From the NCBI GenBank assembly GCA_965238175.1, contig CBDEGZ010000003.1, positions 2,112,001-2,176,000 on the forward strand: a stretch of 64,000 nt of DNA, given 5' to 3'. Below are positions 1 to 7,794 of this stretch, in pieces. Positions within the stretch are counted from its first letter, which is position 1, and every line of letters starts with the position of its first letter. The stretch comes from Gammaproteobacteria bacterium (GTDB lineage: Bacteria > Pseudomonadota > Gammaproteobacteria > CAJXQU01). Below the pieces are notes generated by a model. The model ran no database searches. It was not told the DNA's origin and was given only the letters and a program-made list of their open reading frames with translations. Position numbers and translations under genes: made by a program.

Positions 1-2
1 AA

Positions 3-1520
3 GAAATCGCGACACGTTCAACCGATCCAAATTTCTATGCGGCGTTAGAGTTTTTACCGAACCCAGATCCCATCCTTAGACGCATGGGCAAATCGCAAGA
101 AGCCTATGACATGATCACATCGGATTCACACGTGATGGGCGACCTACGATCTGTTCGATCTGCCTTGCTCGGATTTGAATGGCGTGTCGTCGCTGGCGGT
201 GATGACACCGCCTCAATGCGCGCACATGAATTATGCGAAAAAACAATGGCCGGTCGACCTGCCGTAAATATGCAGTGGTCTGACATTATCTGGTCAATTG
301 CTGATGCGACTTTTCGGGGCTACTCAATTCATGAGCTGGTGTGGAAGAAATCTGGCAATGAATTAATGCCCGAAAAAGTCATCGACAGACCACAAAAAAG
401 GTTCGTTTTCAGCATCGAAAATGAGCTACGGTTATTGACCAAAAACAACATGACCAGTGGCGAAGAATTGGTTGATAAAAAATGGCTGATCACACGCCAC
501 ATGGCCAGCTATAACAACCCTTATGGAACTGCTGTTTTTTCATCCTGTATCTGGCCACATTTATTTAAGCGATCAGGCTTTAAATACTTTGCTAAATTCT
601 GCGAAAAATACGGTATTCCAAAGGCTATTGGTAAGGTGCCAAAAGGTACACCGAAAGATGAGCGCGACGAGTTCGCAGACGCCTTAGCGCAAATGGTCGA
701 AGATGGTGTCGCCGTCATTGATGATGACGGTTCTGTAGAGATGTTGGAACACGGTGTAACGGGTTCGCCAATACAGGAAAGATTGATTGATTTATGCAAT
801 CGTGAAATGTCAAAAGCGCTCACTAGCCAGACCTTAACATCGGAAATAAAAGATCAAGGATCACGCGCTGCAGCTGAGACTCATCGAGAGCGTGAAACCA
901 CCGTTAATCAGTCTGATCGGGACATGGTCGCCGACACCATAAATCAGCTTTTCAAATGGATTACAGAAATCAATGTTGCGGGTGCAATACCGCCAAAAAT
1001 TGAGTTCTACGAAGAAGCTCAGCCACGCAAAGAAATGGCGGAATATATCAACGAAGCATTGAAGTCGGTATCACTTAAAAAGTCCGAAGTTTATGAGCGT
1101 TTAGGAATGTCTCCACCGGAAGATGATGACGATATTATTCCGGCTACAAGCTCTAGTTATAACCCGTTTGAACCTGACGATAATCGACGTATAAAACCAT
1201 CACTTAAAGAACAGGAATTCATGCAAAACAATTGCCCAAGTTGTGGTGAAACTCACTTTAAAAAAGGCGACCAGGAATCAGATGACAACGACATGGTTTC
1301 TGACGTAATTGATCAAGCAATAGAGCTGGATGAAGGCATCGATCAGCTATCAGATGAAATTGATAAATTAGTCCAGAAAGCCGAGAAAGAAGGCTTGACC
1401 GTTGAAGAATTTCAGAAGCAATTAAAAAAGTTCAAACCGATACCAGATACGCTGACAAACAACTTGTTTGCCGCAACGCTGGTGACGTATTTACAGGGGA
1501 TTAGTGAGGTAGATCAATGA
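3..1520 (+). CDS. Mu gp29-like phage portal protein (DUF935), 5' end outside window
   Basis: Frame is open from position 3 (EIATRS..LPNPDPILRRMGK); motifs NPYG, F-x-EKYGIP, EMSKALTSQTLT, SRAAAETH. Confidence 0.9.
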   Translation, partial: EIATRSTDPNFYAALEFLPNPDPILRRMGKSQEAYDMITSDSHVMGDLRSVRSALLGFEWRVVAGGDDTASMRAHELCEKTMAGRPAVNMQWSDIIWSIADATFRGYSIHELVWKKSGNELMPEKVIDRPQKRFVFSIENELRLLTKNNMTSGEELVDKKWLITRHMASYNNPYGTAVFSSCIWPHLFKRSGFKYFAKFCEKYGIPKAIGKVPKGTPKDERDEFADALAQMVEDGVAVIDDDGSVEMLEHGVTGSPIQERLIDLCNREMSKALTSQTLTSEIKDQGSRAAAETHRERETTVNQSDRDMVADTINQLFKWITEINVAGAIPPKIEFYEEAQPRKEMAEYINEALKSVSLKKSEVYERLGMSPPEDDDDIIPATSSSYNPFEPDDNRRIKPSLKEQEFMQNNCPSCGETHFKKGDQESDDNDMVSDVIDQAIELDEGIDQLSDEIDKLVQKAEKEGLTVEEFQKQLKKFKPIPDTLTNNLFAATLVTYLQGISEVDQ

Positions 1521-1729
1521 ACTGGAAAAAGTGCACGTCAAACTCTTTAATTTCCGATACAGGATTGAAAATTTCCAGAGCTATGATCGGCGATAAATGG
1601 AAATATACATTGTGGGTTCCCATTAAGAAAAAAGAAGGTGTGACTAACCCTTATGACGATAATCCCATGAGGCCAGCTGGTCAATTTGGTGATTTAGAAA
1701 CAGCTAAGATGATGGCTGAGAATGAATAG
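1517..1729 (+). CDS. Small phage hypothetical protein (70 aa)
   Basis: ATGA overlap with the portal stop; GAGGT RBS. Confidence 0.7.
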   Translation: MNWKKCTSNSLISDTGLKISRAMIGDKWKYTLWVPIKKKEGVTNPYDDNPMRPAGQFGDLETAKMMAENE

Positions 1730-1755
1730 AGATGGGCGACTAGTGAGGTGGATCA

Positions 1756-1911
1756 ATGAATATTTTAGATATACGAATCATTTTATATGAAATCGGGCAG
1801 AGGCTTCTTAAAGCAGGAAATTCGCCAGATGATATACGGACTTTCCTTCAAGATGAAGCAGAGAGGGTAGCACAAGAAATTGAAGATCAAATGGCTTTTG
1901 AGAATGAATAG
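1756..1911 (+). CDS. Small phage hypothetical protein (51 aa, not in ORF track)
   Basis: Manual translation MNILDIRIILYEIGQRLLKAGNSPDDIRTFLQDEAERVAQEIEDQMAFENE; same GAGGT RBS context as the preceding ORF. Confidence 0.7.
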   Translation: MNILDIRIILYEIGQRLLKAGNSPDDIRTFLQDEAERVAQEIEDQMAFENE

Positions 1912-2047
1912 AGATGAGCGACTGACAGATGCTTGAACATCCGCCAGACGCCGGCAAAACGGTGTGTACACCGCAAGCCGGCCGAGGACTCATCTACTGC
2001 TACGCAGCGGTAGGGAGTCTACCAGAAATTTTAATAAGGAGGCTCAA

Positions 2048-2818
2048 GTGAACAAACCAATAATACCGTGGATGGGCGGGAAAAGACGTCTGGCCAAACA
2101 AATAATTGATCTGATTCCAGATGACCATACTTGCTATGTTGAGCCGTTTTCAGGTGGTGCAGCTGTGCTATTTATGAAGCAGCCTTCAAAAGTAGAAGTG
2201 CTTAATGATATCGATGGCGAATTGGTGAATTTATATCGCGTTGTAAAACATCATTTGGAAGAATTTATCAAAGAATTCAAACACTCTTTAGTTAGTCGCA
2301 GAATGTTTGATTGGGAGAAGCTGAAGACACCAGAAACGCTGACTGATATCCAACGCGCAGCACGTTTTTTTTATCTACAAAAACAGTGCTTCGGTGGTAA
2401 AAGAATAAATCAGAGCTTTGGTATATCTGCGACAAACAAACCAGGTTTAAATTTACTTCGCATTGAGGAAGATCTAAGCGATGCTCATTTACGATTATCA
2501 CAAGTTTTTATTGAAAATTTGGCATGGGATAAATGTATAGAAAGATATGATCGTCGGAAGACGGTTTTCTTTTGTGATCCACCCTATTTAGATACGACAG
2601 GGTATGGCGTTGAATTTTCAATTGAACAATATAATCTGCTTGCAACTATGGCTCGAAATATTAAAGGGCGGATGATAATTACATTGAACGATCACCCAAC
2701 GATTAGAGAGATATTTCACGATTTTGACATGATTGAAACCAGTCTGAGATACACGGTTGGTGGCGTTAAAAAGAATCAGGATAAACGACGTGAATTGATT
2801 TTGAGATATGGGATCTGA
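2048..2818 (+). CDS. D12-class N6-adenine DNA methyltransferase (phage Dam-like)
   Basis: PWMGGK, YVEPFSGGAAV, EVLNDID and DPPY motifs; GTG start at 2048 after TAAGGAGG. Confidence 0.93.
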   Translation: MNKPIIPWMGGKRRLAKQIIDLIPDDHTCYVEPFSGGAAVLFMKQPSKVEVLNDIDGELVNLYRVVKHHLEEFIKEFKHSLVSRRMFDWEKLKTPETLTDIQRAARFFYLQKQCFGGKRINQSFGISATNKPGLNLLRIEEDLSDAHLRLSQVFIENLAWDKCIERYDRRKTVFFCDPPYLDTTGYGVEFSIEQYNLLATMARNIKGRMIITLNDHPTIREIFHDFDMIETSLRYTVGGVKKNQDKRRELILRYGI

Positions 2819-3011
2819 CGATAAAAACACTCGATATGCTAGAGACTATCAGTGCAGTGATTGCCCTGAACAGGCGGAGGTTTTCTGGCCAATTGTCGAT
2901 CCTGATATTGAGTCATTTCCGTTTTGCCGCGAGTGTGTAGAAACACAAAAAGCAGTATATTTTATCTTCATCTCAGAAGTTGAACACTGTATGGGATCAG
3001 ACAATGAATGA
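2808..3011 (+). CDS. Small putative zinc-ribbon protein (CxxC..CxxC)
   Basis: CSDC and CREC; overlaps both neighbours; flanked by a direct repeat. Confidence 0.6.
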   Translation: MGSDDKNTRYARDYQCSDCPEQAEVFWPIVDPDIESFPFCRECVETQKAVYFIFISEVEHCMGSDNE

Positions 3012-3690
3012 AGTTGAAGTCACACTAAACGGCACACCTTTTGCGGAAGCGATCCAGTTTTTGAAGGACAAAATTAATCTACCTTCACGACGCTGGGATG
3101 AGCTGTTAGGCCAGATTCACGCTAAAGTGTTCACCGTTGCCGGTGCAATTTCTGATGACCTATTAAACGACCTTCGTAATGATGTGAATGAGTCGATAAA
3201 AAATGGTGAATCAATATCAAAATTCAGAAAACGCTTTGATGAGACCAAGCAAAAACACGGCTGGAATCATCGTGGTAAAAGAGGCTGGAGAACGCGTATT
3301 ATTTATGATGCTAATATGCGATCAGCACACATGGCTGGCCGTTGGCAACAGATCCAGAATACAAAGGACTCGAGACCTTATATAAAGTATGAAACTGTCG
3401 GTGATAATCGCGTCAGGCCCGAACACCAGGTATGGGATGACACTGTATTATCTATTGACGACAGCTGGTGGAATACACACTACCCACCGAATGGCTTTGG
3501 ATGCCGATGCACCGTGCGTACTCTTAATGATAGGCAACTGGAAAGGGAAGGGCTGCAGGTATCAACCGCACCAGCGATTAAGTTGGAAGAACGGATTAAC
3601 AGTGAAACAGGCGAAGTCTACGGCCAAGTGCCAGAAGGCATCGATACAGGTTGGGATTACAACGTCGGAAAAGAATGGTTGAATTTATAG
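3004..3690 (+). CDS. Phage head morphogenesis protein, Mu gpF / SPP1 gp7 family
   Basis: FTVAGA, GDNRVRPEH, WWNTHYPPNGFGCRC, GIDTGWDYNVG. Confidence 0.92.
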   Translation: MNEVEVTLNGTPFAEAIQFLKDKINLPSRRWDELLGQIHAKVFTVAGAISDDLLNDLRNDVNESIKNGESISKFRKRFDETKQKHGWNHRGKRGWRTRIIYDANMRSAHMAGRWQQIQNTKDSRPYIKYETVGDNRVRPEHQVWDDTVLSIDDSWWNTHYPPNGFGCRCTVRTLNDRQLEREGLQVSTAPAIKLEERINSETGEVYGQVPEGIDTGWDYNVGKEWLNL

Positions 3691-3783
3691 TGCCGTCAAA
3701 ACACTGATAAACAGCCATATAATGGCCGTTAAAACAGTGCTTGAGGGCTATTATACTCGCGTTAAATGACCACTTAACGGCAC

Positions 3784-3820
3784 TTATTCGCGTAATAAAC
3801 GCCATTTATTACGCGAATAA
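3784..3820. repeat. Perfect 16-bp inverted repeat in the prophage end region
   Basis: TTATTCGCGTAATAAA (3784-3799) and TTTATTACGCGAATAA (3805-3820); further TTATTCGCG at 3849. Confidence 0.85.
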
Positions 3821-4003
3821 TATATAATTAATTTCACTTTCTGCTTATTTATTCGCGATAAAGTAAACAATTTGTCTCAAAATGATTTTAATTAACGATT
3901 TTACGCAAATAGCCCACAAACCGCGCCGTTAAGCCATTTTTCGCTTTTTTTGGTTTCTTTCTCTACATCTCATTATGATCCTAACCCTACATATTCATTA
4001 ATA

Positions 4004-4031
4004 ATTTAACATAATATACATTATGCGAACT
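4004..4031 (-). other. dif: dif site (XerC/XerD recombination site), attL of the inovirus
   Basis: Minus strand AGTTCGCATAA-TGTATA-TTATGTTAAAT, against E. coli dif GGTGCGCATAA-TGTATA-TTATGTTAAAT. Confidence 0.95.
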
Positions 4032-4128
4032 TTGCGAAAAGAAAAAAGGTTAAAAAAAGATACATGGTATTAAGTATTTACAGATTAGCCACGATAAAAA
4101 GAATAATATTAAGGGAAATTTATTATTT

Positions 4129-4404
4129 ATGTGCAAATGCAAAACATGTAACGCCTTAAAAAATGAATCTTTACATGTTGAAAATGAATATCTTGTTTTT
4201 AACAATCAAATAAAAGTAGAAATAAGTGAATTAAGGTTGCTGAGGTGGAAATCTGCATTTTATGATAGAGGCTTAAAACCTAGTTCAGCATCTGCTTTTT
4301 ATCATAGTCAAAATATTCAAGGAATGATGAAATATCCTGAAATGCTTACACCTGCAAATAAAGATAATATTTTAGAAAACCTACTCCTTAAATTGAAGGA
4401 TTAG
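4129..4404 (+). CDS. Inovirus accessory hypothetical protein
   Basis: 91-aa ORF in very AT-rich DNA, opposite strand to the core phage genes. Confidence 0.55.
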   Translation: MCKCKTCNALKNESLHVENEYLVFNNQIKVEISELRLLRWKSAFYDRGLKPSSASAFYHSQNIQGMMKYPEMLTPANKDNILENLLLKLKD

Positions 4405-4516
4405 CTCTACAGAATTCCACTATCGTGGAATCCCATCGCCATAAAGTTATGTGTCCTCGATTGCACTGTTTAGGTTGACAGTGTATAAAAAATGTCTTTT
4501 CTAATTCGAAGGTATC

Positions 4517-5110
4517 ATGGAAATAATTCTAGAAATTCTATCATCAGGTATAGAAATATTCATAAAAACAATGGGAATGGCTGTGAAATTCTTCATTGCA
4601 TTTCTATTTATAGCTATAAGTATATTTTTATACAAATATTATTTAATACTTAACAAACCAATACCTAAAAAAATATTAAAATCAATATTTAAAGGAAAAA
4701 AAGTTATTGAAGAAAAAGTCGATAAAAGAATAATTAAGCATAATAAAAATGAGTATTTAACCACAGAAAATGAAAGAAAATTCTTTTATGCATTAAAAAA
4801 AGCAATTGGAGAAGATTATCTAATCCATTGTCAAACATCCTTAATCGCAATTGTAGAACCAATAGAATATAAAGATAAATCTAGAGCTTGGTCAAAAAGA
4901 GTCGATTTCGTAATAACTGACAATAAAACAAAAATAATAGCTGTCATTGAGTTGGATGATTCATCTCACAACAAAGCTAATAGAATTAAACGTGACAAAT
5001 ACGTAAATAATGCATTAGAACCTCATCATCCATTAATAAGATTTAATACTGAAAAATTCTACAAGCCAGAAAAAATTGCAGAAATTCTTGCATTCCATAT
5101 AACAAAATAA
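4517..5110 (+). CDS. DUF2726 family protein with N-terminal TM (inovirus accessory gene)
   Basis: LTTENERKFF, RVDFVITD, IAVIELDDSSH, KRDK motifs. Confidence 0.85.
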   Translation: MEIILEILSSGIEIFIKTMGMAVKFFIAFLFIAISIFLYKYYLILNKPIPKKILKSIFKGKKVIEEKVDKRIIKHNKNEYLTTENERKFFYALKKAIGEDYLIHCQTSLIAIVEPIEYKDKSRAWSKRVDFVITDNKTKIIAVIELDDSSHNKANRIKRDKYVNNALEPHHPLIRFNTEKFYKPEKIAEILAFHITK

Positions 5111-5206
5111 AGAACCCTTTCATCTCGATAGTGATTGATAAGTTATTAATATAAGAAAAACCGGATTTATTACTATTTGTGTATTATTTTTAATTGATAA
5201 GTTAAG

Positions 5207-5242
5207 GCAACCCACGCGACAGCCTGTCGCTGAGTGGGTTGC
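5207..5242. other. GC-rich hairpin in inovirus intergenic DNA (terminator, packaging signal or minus origin candidate)
   Basis: GCAACCCAC-GCGACAG-C-CTGTCGC-TGA-GTGGGTTGC. Confidence 0.55.
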
Positions 5243-5388
5243 TAGCTTTTGTTTTGTTTATGTAAAAAATAAAAAATAATAACGTAGGCTATTGATGTGG
5301 TTATTGAAATTGTAAGTTGGTAGTAAAGAAAGGCATCTGATATCTCTGACAATGAATTTATATACTCATTAAGTTGTTCTTTTCCCAT
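5242..5388 (-). CDS. Small membrane protein (48 aa, not in track)
   Basis: MGKEQLNEYINSLSEISDAFLYYQLTISITTSIAYVIIFYFLHKQNKS; TAATG coupling to the upstream ORF. Confidence 0.55.
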   Translation of the reverse strand: MGKEQLNEYINSLSEISDAFLYYQLTISITTSIAYVIIFYFLHKQNKS

Positions 5389-5537
5389 TATTTTTTACCT
5401 TCAGTTTTATTAAATAATGTTAATGCTAATACCAATAAAATTGTGTTCAGTGTAAAAAATAAACCTTGTATAAACATGAGCTGTTGGGCTAATGAGTTGT
5501 AGTGGTTACCTAATAATTCTATTAGTTGTTGTTCCAT
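5388..5537 (-). CDS. Small membrane protein (49 aa, not in track)
   Basis: MEQQLIELLGNHYNSLAQQLMFIQGLFFTLNTILLVLALTLFNKTEGKK; AGGA RBS. Confidence 0.6.
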   Translation of the reverse strand: MEQQLIELLGNHYNSLAQQLMFIQGLFFTLNTILLVLALTLFNKTEGKK

Positions 5538-5568
5538 GTTTTTATTCCTATTTTTATATAAATCTGAT

Positions 5569-5637
5569 TTAAGTGACCATGATTATTACGGCGACTATTA
5601 GGACTATTAATACTACTGAGAATGGGTCTATTGGCAT
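5569..5637 (-). CDS. Tiny hydrophobic peptide, possible pVII/pIX-type minor coat (22 aa)
   Basis: MPIDPFSVVLIVLIVAVIIMVT; AGGA RBS. Confidence 0.5.
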   Translation of the reverse strand: MPIDPFSVVLIVLIVAVIIMVT

Positions 5638-5707
5638 GATTGTTTCCTAACATTATTATTAGCTGTGATATTGATAGCGGATGCCCTCGAGTCCGCTAGG
5701 TTGTGAC

Positions 5708-5911
5708 TTATCCGAAGATAGCTGCTTTTGCCCATTTAAATACAATGGCGACGCTGGCAAGTCCAATCATTGCTGAACCGATGGCAGTTATTGAGGCGGT
5801 ACCATCTGTAGTGATTGCAGTTGTTGCGGCTGTTACATCAATTTCTGCAAATGCTGGTGATACTGAAAGTGTGCCCAATGCTGCCAGGCTATATTTTGTG
5901 AATTTATTCAT
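5708..5911 (-). CDS. Inovirus major coat protein pVIII
   Basis: Signal peptide ending AFA, ~45-aa mature helix, C-terminus VFKWAKAAIFG. Confidence 0.9.
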   Translation of the reverse strand: MNKFTKYSLAALGTLSVSPAFAEIDVTAATTAITTDGTASITAIGSAMIGLASVAIVFKWAKAAIFG

Positions 5912-5934
5912 GATGTTTTTCCTATTAATTTAAG

Positions 5935-6420
5935 TTAACGTTTATTTAATATTTGGTGAATTGTTAGCCTAATTATGAAGGCTAATGCTAGTACTAAGGC
6001 ACAAGCACCAAATAAACTTGATGCCTCAGATTCTGATAATTGGGGTGTGTTTAATGTATTGCCTGATTGAAGTTGTTCAAGAGAGTCCAAAGCTTCAGTT
6101 AATTGATTTTGTATATCTGTTTGATTAGTACTATAAAATTCTAAAAGAGATAAAAAAGATGACCGGTTTAAAGAAAGGTGAGTACAAAGAGAAAAACCTG
6201 CTAAAAAATCTGACTCATAATGAATAGCATCAACGAGTTGTTGAGGTGTATCTATAGATTGGCTAGTAAATGTTTGAGTTATAGATCCTGATATATCAAG
6301 TGTGCCAGAGCTGTTTGGTACTGTGCAAACACCATCAAGTTGAGGTGCTGAAAATGCTGATTTAGGAATAATAATCAGTATAAATAAAAATAGTGATAGG
6401 GAATGATATTTATAATTCAT
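5935..6420 (-). CDS. Exported protein with C-terminal minor-coat-like TM segment
   Basis: Signal peptide; C-terminus LSESEASSLFGACALVLALAFIIRL; directly upstream of pVIII. Confidence 0.65.
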   Translation of the reverse strand: MNYKYHSLSLFLFILIIIPKSAFSAPQLDGVCTVPNSSGTLDISGSITQTFTSQSIDTPQQLVDAIHYESDFLAGFSLCTHLSLNRSSFLSLLEFYSTNQTDIQNQLTEALDSLEQLQSGNTLNTPQLSESEASSLFGACALVLALAFIIRLTIHQILNKR

Positions 6421-7441
6421 CTGGTTTTATCCTGCTTAAAATTTGTTGCTGTTGATGAGATTGAATTCTTTGACGTTGTGGCTCTTTTTGAAAGTCAAAC
6501 ATGCCATCTCTAATGAAGCCCTTACAGAAGTTTAATGTAACGTGTGCACGTGTTCCCTGTTGAGTTATACATTTGCAATCCTGGCCTGTGTCATAACAGG
6601 CTGTAATTCTTGGAACAGTTCTAACTTTTAAATGGTCTGAGTAAATGGGAGCAGACCAAGGAAGATTAACTTCAGCTATATAATTTTCTGGTTGTGTAAA
6701 ATATTGCTGTTCTATCTTAATTTTTTTAGGTATTTGATAGTTTGGTTCAAAAGGATTCTCATCAGTTTGTAGCTGATTATTCGCTGTAGTACGACCGGCA
6801 AAGTCATCAGCGTCTTTAGTAAATAAGTCATAAATTGTTGATACTCCAAATGTGATTACTCCAATGATGACTACACCAGCTACCGCAGCTTTCACAAGTC
6901 CTTTCGGTATTCTTTTTTTTACTGTGTGTTGGTCTGATGAGTGATATAGCTCGTAGACTTCTTTTGGAAATTTGAATGTGCTTTTTTCTACACCAGGAGC
7001 GTGGAAGCTTCTTGTATCTGAAACGTCGAGTACTTTTTCACTTCTGTATAACGTACTGAATTCACCTTTTGTCGGTGAGCGTTCTAAGTGGAAATGTGTT
7101 TCTACTAGCCTTCTTACCCATACGTCTAATAGTGCTGGATGTTGTGTTACAAAAATAAAATCTAAGCCTTTATGCCGGTGTGTACTGAATGCTGTTATCC
7201 ATTCTTTTGCATCGCCCTTTTGTCTGGTTTTTGCGTAATCCTGCATTTCATCAACTACTACTAATGCACCTTGTGGGTAATTCTGCCAGTTTTCTAAGTC
7301 GTCACGTTCTTCTGTATTGATTTTCAATCCGTTGAAGTTAATAGAGATAACATGCCTGCCCTTCTCTATTTGTTGAAGCATATATTCAACTGTATAAAGT
7401 GATTTGCCGTGACCTGGACGACCTGTGATTAATGTGATCAT
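6410..7441 (-). CDS. zot: Inovirus assembly ATPase pI (Zot family)
   Basis: MITLITGRPGHGKS Walker A, VVVDEMQ Walker B, HRHKGLD, TQHP, TM segment, CxCxTQQGT. Confidence 0.95.
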   Translation of the reverse strand: MITLITGRPGHGKSLYTVEYMLQQIEKGRHVISINFNGLKINTEERDDLENWQNYPQGALVVVDEMQDYAKTRQKGDAKEWITAFSTHRHKGLDFIFVTQHPALLDVWVRRLVETHFHLERSPTKGEFSTLYRSEKVLDVSDTRSFHAPGVEKSTFKFPKEVYELYHSSDQHTVKKRIPKGLVKAAVAGVVIIGVITFGVSTIYDLFTKDADDFAGRTTANNQLQTDENPFEPNYQIPKKIKIEQQYFTQPENYIAEVNLPWSAPIYSDHLKVRTVPRITACYDTGQDCKCITQQGTRAHVTLNFCKGFIRDGMFDFQKEPQRQRIQSHQQQQILSRIKPDEL

Positions 7442-7794
7442 TAACTAGTTCCTAATGAGAGTTTTTTAATGGCGCCTGATGCGATTGCCAGTGTTGATAC
7501 CGATGTATAGGTAGTGATTATCAGTGTGATAGCATCTTGCAATCTGAGTATGTGCATGATTTGCAGGGCTTCACTAAAGCCAACTACTGAACCAAATGTA
7601 AGATAGCTATTAAGCTGTGATGTGACTGTATTGATAAATAAATCAAGCCCTTCATAGACAACATATCCAACACCAAATACTGCTATTAGTTTAAAAAGTA
7701 TGCCTATCGCTGCTATCTTAAATATTGAGAGAATTCCGGCTCCTGTAAAGAAACTGTACAGCGCAGGTGCTGCTGCTATTGCTGGTAATGGCAT
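7441..7794 (-). CDS. Minor coat protein pVI-like (DUF2523)
   Basis: 117-aa hydrophobic protein between pIII and pI; GVGYVVYEG motif. Confidence 0.8.
   Translation of the reverse strand: MPLPAIAAAPALYSFFTGAGILSIFKIAAIGILFKLIAVFGVGYVVYEGLDLFINTVTSQLNSYLTFGSVVGFSEALQIMHILRLQDAITLIITTYTSVSTLAIASGAIKKLSLGTS

Larger units (their letters stand above)
1..3991 (+). mobile_element. Right end of a Mu-like transposable prophage
   Basis: Mu gp29-like portal, D12 methylase and Mu gpF-like genes, then ~300 bp non-coding DNA with repeats ending in ...CCCTACA (Mu-type TG..CA terminus). The exact end is inferred because the left end is outside the window. Confidence 0.7.

Noticed and set aside
6410-7441. Zot as an enterotoxin
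   Set aside because: Context shows it is the inovirus assembly ATPase; nothing in the sequence supports toxin activity.
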